Part shown: positions 1 to 9,400 of the stretch, one piece after another
How the letters are laid out: every line of letters begins with the position of its first letter
How positions within the stretch are numbered: position 1 is the first letter of the stretch
Assembly (NCBI RefSeq): GCF_000143415.4
Contig: NW_003314264.1
Location: 1,869,710 to 1,933,709, forward strand
Source of the DNA: Selaginella moellendorffii
Lineage: Eukaryota; Plantae; Lycopodiophyta
Direction: 5' to 3'
DNA: 64,000 nt
Notes under the pieces: generated by a model
The model's database searches: none
What the model was told of the DNA's origin: nothing
What the model saw: only the letters and a program-made list of their open reading frames with translations
Position numbers and translations under genes: made by a program

Positions 1-366
1 GTTTGTTCATTGAGCGTGTGGTGAGCTTTCCAAGATGAACATCATTCCTATTAGCCAGACATATAACTTAATGGTGAGAACATTTAGATATTATTCAATG
101 TTATCTTTTTCTAACGAATCTAATTGTGAAGGTGTAGCAAGAGGCATTGCTAGTCTGGAGAAGTCATTTAACTCATTTGACCCTTAGTGTATTTTCATGA
201 AACTAAATAACATTCATATTATTAAGGAATTTCTCTAGTACCTTTTTTTTACGACATAGAGGCTTGCATTTCTTTCAAAGGTGATTTAGTAAAAGGCCTG
301 AGGGCACATGCCATTCTATTTCTCAGACCAGTATTAAGATATACTAGTGCAAAGGGCCACATGCCA

Positions 367-3300
367 TCACGCCTCCTCTGATTCAGATTCGGATTGTTCA
401 CCTTGAAATAAAATACATTAGAAACTTAGTAAAGGAATATTAAATCTCACCTTGAACCCGGGTTATGAATGCTCTTGCTGCATCTCTTGCATGGTCTGGC
501 AAGGTGATGGTGGCACTCTGCTTCCGCATCCAACCATGCACAACATTATCCACCGATATGCTCATGCTGGGATCCCTTGGATTCAGCACCCATCTCTTTT
601 CTAGGCAATCCTTCGTATATCCGTAACTTGGCTTGAACCACTCCACAGTTACATTAAAGGAGTTAGTTTCCGCGTCCTCCTCTGCATCAGTGATGCAGCG
701 CCCCACCCATATCATTTGTTTTTTATTACTGGGTCTGACAAGCACGACCATTCCTTTGCAGACTTGTACTGGATTGAATGCTGAATCCGGCTTCTTGTTC
801 CTCGGCCCACAATAGTGATCCTCAACATCGTTATCTGTCACTGCATTTCCAGAGGACATTGTTCCGCTACTATCTGGTGCTCTGGGTTCTGGCCAAAAGG
901 ACTCTTCCAATTCTTCATATACAACCGGCCCATTTTGGATAGCAGATATAATCTTCTCCCAGTATTCGAGCAAAGGCTTGCACCTCTTAAAATAGGATTC
1001 TCCACCAAACAGCAACCCCCTCTTCCAGAAGGCAATATGCTGTCTAATCCCGGCCACTATACTTTCCTGATCTTTGAGTCCATCCGGGTGCATCGGCCGT
1101 GGGGAACCCTGAGGAATCATAGGTTCCCCAGTTATGGGATCTCTCTTGAAGAGTTCAATGCCGTCCACTGGCAGCCACACTGTGTCCCATTCTCTCATCT
1201 TGTACCTCATCACTGGAGCACCGTCACGCATGCTGAAATGAAACTGAAGAGGCTTGGAGTGGCCAATCAGCGTTTCGGATCCGTCCCTGATGTAGCCTCT
1301 TACAAACCCCTTAAAGTCTGGAACCTCTGTCACAAGTGCAGCTTCAACAGTGCCTTTGATGCAATTTTGGAATTCATCGTAGAGTTGTGGGAGGGTGAGG
1401 ACATTGGATCGCCGGAGGGACTTTGCCAGGTGACTGAACATGGCATCGACGTCTTCATGAGTGTGCCCAACCATGAGAAAGCCAAGTGTAACCGTTTCAA
1501 ATATGCCTTTGGCAACAAGCATTGCCAAGTACGCGAAGACGTACATGTTTTTGTTCTCACTGCCAGCATTGTCTGTTTGGAGCAGAAGATGGGGTGGAAG
1601 GCCACATCGGCCGCAAGAACTTCCTTGAGATTCTGCTTCGTTTGGATGAGGCTGTGCATTCACCGGGCGACCAGCCTCGTCGGAATGGCATGAGGCCTCA
1701 CGTGATAACCCTACAATCTGACGGCCAACATATTCACTGGGATGGCATGGGGCCCCACGCGATACTGCAAGCCTTTGCTCCTCCTCCAGCTGAACCCTGT
1801 ATGGGGTTCGATCGACAAGGGCCTTATGCAAGGGTTGGCCGTTCAGCTCAGTCTGCACACTTTGCAGAGACCTTAAGTGTTTTGCTAGGGACGCAATCAT
1901 CATGTTTGCACCCCCACCACCCCATAGAGGTACAAAGAAGTTCCCATAGTTCTGGGCACCATGCCCATGAGCGATTATGCCAAACAGAGACACAGGCAGC
2001 TGCATGGATGAAGAGATTGCCTTGGGGGCAGGATTGAGTCGAGGTAAGCACGTCTTTTTCTGGTCCATTTTGTCGTGGATGATGCAGAGGTAAGAGTCAG
2101 GTCTCTCCATGGAGAGAATCCTGTTATGATAATATGCAGTCCTGCAGCTTCTCTGCTCGATGTTGTGGTCGAGCCACCTTCTAACCAACGTCTCTCGCTC
2201 TTGAGCGCTGCAAGAATTCTTCGACAAAGCCATTTTGATAGCAGTGCACTCGTCACACTTTGAAAAGCTGGAGTACTTTCCTATACTCACATCCCTGAAC
2301 CTGTTGCTCCACAATCTACTAAATCTAGATTGGCTCAGCTTCCTGTAGCCATTACTCTGGAGTTCCCGATTCACATCTTCCAATATGGCCCCCTTGGTAT
2401 ACATGGAAGGGAGAATTCGTTGGGTGTCTCGTGTTCCATCTTCCAAGAGGCGGGTTTTATGTGGTTGCTGCTCGCTACATGTCTCGACAAACCTCTTGAA
2501 GATTGCCTCTCCATATACAACATGACCCCTGGTTTTGTGCGTACCGTCGTTCCCATGGACTGCCTGTTGAACCCTTTATTCCTCGAACTCAGTTTTGATT
2601 CTGTAGAATGTGGTTCGAGGGACTCCATAAATGATTCTCCATGCCTTCATGCAGACCAAACCCCTCTGGAAGACCATGCCCCCCACCTGATGTTCTGAAG
2701 CATCAACAGATGACCGTAATGCCTCATACACAAAATTGCGAGCTGCCTTCCAGGACAATGTCTTGTATCTTGCTCTCTCCTCTTCAATAGCATCCCAATC
2801 AGCATGTTGACAGCACCTCCTCTTGCAACAAGCAACTGTCGAGACCATTCGAACCTCCATCGCCATTTTCTGCCTTTTCGGTTCGTTGCTTAGATCCCTT
2901 TGGCTGCGCTGTAGGAAGGTGTACTTTCTTTTCCCATGAAGAGATGTTCTGTCATCAGTTGTAGTGGTGTTTGATTGTGAATCCTTCACATTCTCAAACA
3001 CTAAATGCCTCTATTTCCACCGCACAATGCTTCCAATAGTCAGACTGTTTTCTTCTGTGTCCACAACCTCTAAAATCGCAACTCCAATATCATCCCAGCC
3101 CAATTCTTGATTAGCAACCGCATCTCTTGGATCGACAACTGTGGCTAAGCCCTCAGCTACCACCTCCCCCTCGGGGTTGTTTAGAAACACCTTTGCCTGA
3201 ATCCATGTAGCACGGTTCTTAAGATCCACGGAGGGAACATGCGTCGCACTTGCGCTGTCCCCAACATCTGCTTTCTTCTGCAGATTTTTCAAGGCAACAA

Positions 3301-3505
3301 CAACATTTACCCCGATGACCATCTCTCCTCGTTCAATAGCGACCACATTCCCATCGAAGACAGTCTCTACTGATACAGCAGCATTGCCTTCCCCAAGCCT
3401 TTGACAGTGTATAACAAAGTTCCGATCCATAGACACAAGGGTCCCTTTTGCAACTCTCTTCCCACCATTCAAAATGTAAACCTTTTCCCCAACCCTGAAG
3501 GCCAT
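367..3505 (-). pseudogene. DDE/D-type transposase-like gene (DUF7869/Sola-like catalytic region) with two in-frame stops
   Basis: ORFs 3011-3505, 2576-3001 and 440-2446 are one reading frame broken only by TAG (3011-3013) and TAA (2576-2578). Motifs: CCxxxC and YGV-x-R-TFY..HGN; CDEC; IIHDKMDQ-K--LP; LQTDNAGSENKN; FLMVGHTHEDVDAMFS. The N-terminus has two V-x-L..VA-x-G..LG..V repeats resembling the Tnp1/En-Spm-associated beta domain. A GT-AG intron at 450-402 gives a last exon GEQSESESEEA* ending at 367. Confidence 0.8.
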
Positions 3506-3657
3506 TCTGAAAGTGCAGAAAAGAAGTTAAGACCATACAAAAAATGATTGGAGAATGGCCTAAATCATAACATACCAAACAACCTCAATAGCATGAGGCC
3601 ACATGCCATTATTCAAACATGCTATTGACACCCACGTGAAATTTCGCATTCACAAAA

Positions 3658-3849
3658 TTGGCATGAGGCCTCACGCTATCTTTGGCCCCTGCTAGCCTAT
3701 TGCTATATTCCTTTTGCCTTGTTGCAACTGTATATATTTTTGTGTGCGTGACTAGTCACCCATACAAAAATATATACAGTTGCAGCAAGGCAAAAGGAAT
3801 ATGGCAATAGGCTAGCAGGGGCCAAAGATGGCATGAGGCCTCATGCCAT
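3658..3849. repeat. 192-bp near-perfect inverted repeat with no loop
   Basis: Arms pair as position p with 7507-p around the centre GTGACTAGTCAC (3748-3759). Each end is one 22-bp palindrome (3658-3679, 3828-3849). Confidence 0.95.
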
Positions 3850-4041
3850 CTTGATATACACACAGCTGCAGGCAAGTAAAAACATACATGACAATACGCT
3901 AGCCATGAAATTGCAAGGGCCCAAGATGGCATGTGGCCTTATGCCATTTCTAAATGTGGTCCTAAACCATTCCATGGTGAACATACCAGGAAGCACAAGT
4001 GCCGAATATCAAGAGGAAGCGGTAGCCACACCAAAGACAGT

Positions 4042-4170
4042 GCCGCTCGCAACACCGCAACTACTCGTAGCGCCGCTCGCAACACCGCAACTGCTCGTAG
4101 CGCCGCTCGCACAAACTGCCACTCGCATAAAATGCCGCTCGCAATGGCGCTCGCAATGCCGCAACCGCTT
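4042..4170. repeat. GC-rich tandem repeat, 30-bp unit GCCGCTCGCAACACCGCAACT(A/G)CTCGTAGC, decaying rightwards
   Basis: Two full units plus degenerate GCCGCTCGCA repeats seen directly. Confidence 0.85.
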
Positions 4171-4537
4171 GTAGACGCATAAACCACAGCTCACAACGCC
4201 GCTTACACAAGCAGCGCTCACTGCGCTCAGCAGAACCAAGAACACGGCGCACAAAAATGATAGACCTAGGAATGAGTTCAAGAATTCAAAAATAACACAC
4301 GCTTGAACGTCACATCAAATCCTCTGACAAACCAGATCTTATGATTCCTCTGACAAATTTCAAACTGAGTAGCTTCTAGACTTTGCTGTCGGAGGTTGAA
4401 CTTTGTCACATCATGTCCTTGCCTCGATCCAGCTGTGCCATGTCAGTGATTCGAACTTTGCCATGCCATGTCAGCGATCCGCGCCAAGATTATTCGCCAT
4501 GTAAAGGAATAATTATGCTGTGTGTGTACGTCCATTT

Positions 4538-5471
4538 ATGGCAATATAAGGCCACACGCCATTCAAAGAATAATGCTAGTCGAGCATTTTTTGGTGCATT
4601 TTTGGGTTCAAAATTGCATGAGCCCACATGCTATAAAGTTTACCTGTACCAAAAATAGAAACAGCTTTATTTACTTGGGAATTTAAGTGGTTGAGGCATT
4701 TTTAAACTTACAAACACATGCCCTACTTACATTCCTTTGGTTGCTTACATTCCTTTGGTTGCTAGCTTTCGTTTGTCCCCTTCACTAGCCTGAGATACAT
4801 TTGCTCGGCATCTGCCTCTTACAGCATTTGCCCAGAAAGGGCATCTTTCTTCACGCAGCATTTGCCACATGTTTAGGGTTTAGGGTTTAGGGTTTAGCAA
4901 TTCAGTAGCTTGATAAACATGCAAATACAGAACTTGATGCAAAATCCTTGGATATGTCACAATGCCCCTAGGACCATAAACACATTTCAATAGAGAGGGT
5001 CCTTTCATTTCATAACTCTTTACGTAGATCTTGGTGAAACCAGAGTTAGTGAAGTTGGTTTCTTGTGATCCCGCATCTGATTGTGATGTCCCTTTGCAGT
5101 GTCGATGGAAAGGTCAATGCACACCAAACTGTAGAATCTTGGAGCAAAATAACGGTCGGATCTCTAGCAAATGCCCCTGAAACATTGTAAGGCTCGTGTG
5201 GTCTCATGTGGTGTCCGATCGAGATGCTTCTTTGCAGGGTCATCAAGAAGGACATTGTATACCATTCTGTAAAATTTAGTTGCGATCTAACGGTTAGATC
5301 TCCAGGAAACTCAAAACAATCTCGCACGTGTCAGAATATTCTAGGAATATACTCCTATGTGCTCCTGAAAATGGCATGCGGCCCCACGCCATTCAAGAGA
5401 TAACGCCAGATGACGCCGAGCATTTTTTGGTGCATTTTTTGGGATCAAAATTGCATGAGCCCACATGCTTG
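4538..5471 (+). repeat. Pair of ~95-100-bp direct repeats (4538-4634 and 5371-5471), each bounded by two palindromes
   Basis: Shared core CACGCCATTCAA...CGAGCATTTTTTGGTGCATTTTTGGG(T/A)TCAAAATTGCATGAGCCCACATGCT. Confidence 0.85.
4872..4897 (+). repeat. Interstitial plant telomeric repeat (TTTAGGG)3 TTTAG
   Basis: Read directly from the sequence. Confidence 0.95.
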
Positions 5472-5789
5472 AACATCATCCTCTGACAATTTATTTAGCT
5501 GAACATCTGGCATTTTTGGAAATACAAGATGCTTTGGAATATCCAATCATGCATGGTATAAATATAGCGAGGGTATTAAATGATATCCCAATCATGATCT
5601 TTCTTTTGGATTTCGCGTGCATGCAGTCCGAGGAATGATGACGTTGCGGATTTCTTTTGGATTTCACGCATGCGCGCGCCGATCCAGAAATTAATGGTGG
5701 CGCCCAAGTCCGAGAAATGATGACGTGGCGGGATTACCAACCGTCGTGACATTTCGCGCGTGTGAGGTTAGGTTTTGCATTTTGCTTCG

Positions 5790-5990
5790 TACTCGCGCTC
5801 GCATCGCGCTCCCACTCGCGCTCCCACTTCTCTACAGGTTTCTCGTGTGCATCGGCGTCCACTCGCGCTTGCATCACACTCGCGCTCGCATCGCGCTTGC
5901 ATCGCGCTCGTGTGCATCGGCGTCCACTTCAAGACACACCCAGTTTGTAACTTCGCCGCCAACTCCGCCGCCCACTCCGCCACCCACACG
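5790..5990. repeat. GC-rich low-complexity repeats (CTCGCGCTCGCATCGCGCT, GTGCATCGGCGTCCACT x2, ACTCCGCC) upstream of the plus-strand gene
   Basis: Repeated units visible directly; probable promoter or 5' UTR region. Confidence 0.7.
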
Positions 5991-6452
5991 CAGCCCACTT
6001 GGCGTCCCGAGAGATTTCAGCGCCACTCTCCAACTGTAAGTGGCAGAGTAGCCTTGCTGCTACGATCCGCTGCACACACAGTGCACATTCGCCAGCGAGT
6101 CCGGTTGTCACGCCTCCATTCGGCTTCAAATGGTAAGTCTTTTAGGCCAAGTAGAAAATGGCATGAGGCCACATGCCATTCAGTAGCAACATTGGCATGC
6201 ACCGATTGGGCTCTCGAGTGCAGTCCGGTTACAGATGGCGTGTAGCCTCACGCTATCTTAGGATGCAGCCTCAAGACATCTGATGCAGTGGTGAATGGCG
6301 TGTGGCCTCACGTTATTTCCAGCTACTAGCTTTTCATCTGTCAGCTCTAATTGTTGTGCATTTCTGAACAGGCGAGGAATTGCGTTCTTCTTCCAGCCAC
6401 TGTCAATGTGGATGCAGAGAAGGGGGAGGAGCTCACCAGTTGGACTTTCGGG

Positions 6453-9400
6453 ATGGAAGGCGAGGATCTGAGGCTGTACAACACAGATGCTGGGAGAAAA
6501 GAATGCATGGGGATCCTCATCCAAGTGACAGACACTCCATGCAGTTCCATGCAAGAATATGGACTGGCACTTGTGGTAGAGACAGCGTCTGCCTTCAAGA
6601 TCCACCTTGCACATCCTAGCGGCTTCCCGGAGGGGGGTAGCGGCTATGAGGAATTCCTAGAGGGAGCTAGGGAGAGGTTGTCCAGGAGGCCCACAATTTT
6701 AAAGACGCTGCGGGTCTATGAAGATCACATGGAATCCACGGACCTCACCTACGGCGATGTTCAAAAACTATATTCCAACATTGAGCCGTTGAGAGTGACT
6801 CCAGTTCGCGAAGCAAAGGGGAAGGGGGTCGATCTGGAAACTACCTCGAAGTAGAAAAGGGTGGTCAAGCTCAAGCCGATGTCCGACTCTCCTGCTCCAA
6901 AAAAGAAGCTACTCAGTGATGCCATTGCCTCGGGTTCGAACACTACACCCACCAAAAAGAAGAGCCGCAAAGAGCAGAAAGAGCAAGAAGAGGCAGCAAA
7001 AATCGTCGCAGATAATAGTACTTGTTACTATTCCAACAAAGTATATACAATCGACGTGAGCCGTATCGACATCCAAAGCAAATACAACCACAGGCTAGTA
7101 TCTGATGAGTGGGTGGAGAAATTGAAGCAGAAGATGCTGGCAAGTCCAGTAACACCCGACATCGCAGACGTGATCCCCTACTACCAAAAAATGAAGGGCG
7201 AGATGAGGTTTCCAGACTTGATCAATAGGAAGGTGTTGGATGATCAGAACATCCGGTTCTATGCCGTCTCCGGGCAGCATTCTAGCTTGGCGATGCAAGA
7301 GATAGTTGTGGATATTATGGTGGGCGAGGAGGTGAAGAAAGTCTTCAAGACAAGAGTTGTCCGCCTGATAAAAGGCAACTCGCCCCTCCGATCTATCATA
7401 TACATCTCCCACGCGCAGAATGTCAAGCAAGAAACGTGCTACAAATCGGGTCTGCACGAGACATTGGCACGAACACGGAAGCTCTGGGTTCAACTGAAGA
7501 AGCCACAAAAACCAGGACAAGGACGTGCACTAGCAACTAGCGCCTGGCAGGTAAGCCTCGTTGTATGTGGCATAGCATGTGGCCTCACGCCATTTCCATT
7601 GCAGGAATTCTCGAGTCTTCTCTCGAAAACACTGGGGGTCAATGACACACTCAGCATCCATAACATTCTACTCGCGACAAAAGTTGTTTTTGACAAATGG
7701 GTAGATGTGCTGAGGAGGTACCATGACGGGGAGTTGCCAAAGTCAATGGGTGTGGAGGACGGCCGGAAGCCCAATGATTTGAAGCTCAACGCCTTGCGTT
7801 TCTCGCGGTCTCTAGACGACGACGACCTTCTGACAGTGGCTAATGCTCTTCTACGTGGTGAGGTTGTCTTCAACAAGACCAAAATGACTCCCGGCCATAT
7901 TGTGACATACGAGGACTTGTGCACGACTCTGAGAGCTCGTGCGCTATTGAAGGATTGGATCTTCGAGCAAGTGGCCGTGGAGAGGGTGAGCATCGACACC
8001 ACGCAAGAGATGATGGAAGCGCTGGAGTTGTCAAATGAAGACATCGACAAGTACGTGAAGGGGGCCCCCAAGTTCATCGATCTGATGCGGGATGCCACGA
8101 AAAGTAAAGCTGAGAAGTTGGATCAGTATCCAAATTTCATTAAGATTGATGTCGACCGCCGGCTTCAGAAACAGCTCGACCCCGCAGCAGAGGCCTATCG
8201 AGAACCTTACCGGGTATACTTGAATTCGGATGAGGATCAAAGGTGGAGGAGCATCGTTTCCCGCGGAGATGAGCAGGTCAAGAACATCTTTTGTGTGATG
8301 GACTTCACAAACGAGGAGATCACTCATGCAGACGAAGTCAGCTCCATCATTGACTTAATGGTGGGACTTGCGGAGGTGGAATCTTCAGTCCACTATATGA
8401 TCTACGACTCCGAATCCTATCACAAGTTCTGGAAGGCCTTGAACGAGGTGAAGGCTCGGTTGAAAGGCAAGGAGATGCGGGAGATCCATGGGATAATGGC
8501 TAAGAAGAAGATACCGACGAATGTCCGCATCTTCACACTCGCCCTTGTTATTGGTCCTGCAGCAAAGTGGGACTGGAGTGACTTCCCAGCTTCGTTCGAC
8601 AAGGCCAATCGAATTGATCTGAGGGAGGTCAATTTACCTGTGCCTGAGGAACTGAAGACGGCTATGGAGCTTTCGAATCCAAAGAAAGCTCCAGGTGCAG
8701 CATGGGAAATGCTCAGCTGGGTCTTCAACGCAATAGCGGGTGGGTCACCTGCTTCCGACTCCAAGGGCAAATGCGTTGTCGAGTACAACTGCGGCGGACT
8801 ATTCTTTCGAGCCGCACTACTCAAGGGTGTCCCGTGTGTTGCGGTGACAAACTCCATTGAAGAGGTGACTTCAATGGAGCATATAATTACAGTTGCCAAA
8901 GAAAAACAGTATCTTCTCTGCGAACCTGGTGAGTACGCACTTTAAGTTTAAATGTTATCTCACAAGCTCTGTATGCAGGAGCGTGGCCACCCCCAGATGC
9001 TGAAACGGCGTTAACAGCTACTGTTGAAGATAACCATGTTGGGCCGAGCTCACAACCTGCACAAGGTAAGGTCACGTGAGGCCTCACGCCATTTTGATTA
9101 TAGATCGTTGTGAATATTCAGACACGAGGACTGAAAAGCGCACTGGTGGCGCATCGAAGAAGGACAAACAGAAAAGCAATAGGAAAAAAGGAGGTACAAA
9201 TTATATTTGCAATGGCGTGTGGTCTCATGCCATTCCTTGCAGGAGAAACTTCTTCAAAGGCAAAACAGGCAAGCACCAGCCAAGCTCAAACTGACAGTGG
9301 TCATAAAAAGCGAAAGCACGTTGGACAGTCGTCGAGATCAGAGGCGTTTGATTCGAAAAGGAAGAAGGGCAACGAAAAGATGATAGGTAATGCCTCGCGG

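Noticed and set aside
815-1693. 292-aa plus-strand ORF
   Set aside because: Antisense shadow of the transposase frame with no recognisable motifs.
3833-4281. Short ORFs with ATPQLLVAPL repeats, and similar ORFs at 5725-6245
   Set aside because: Products of GC-rich tandem repeats that are open in several frames on both strands.
4872-4897. A true chromosome end
   Set aside because: Fewer than four units with ordinary sequence on both sides.
2576-6854. In-frame stops as recoding or U-to-C RNA editing sites
   Set aside because: The locus is nuclear with spliceosomal introns; transition mutations in a silenced TE are the simpler explanation.
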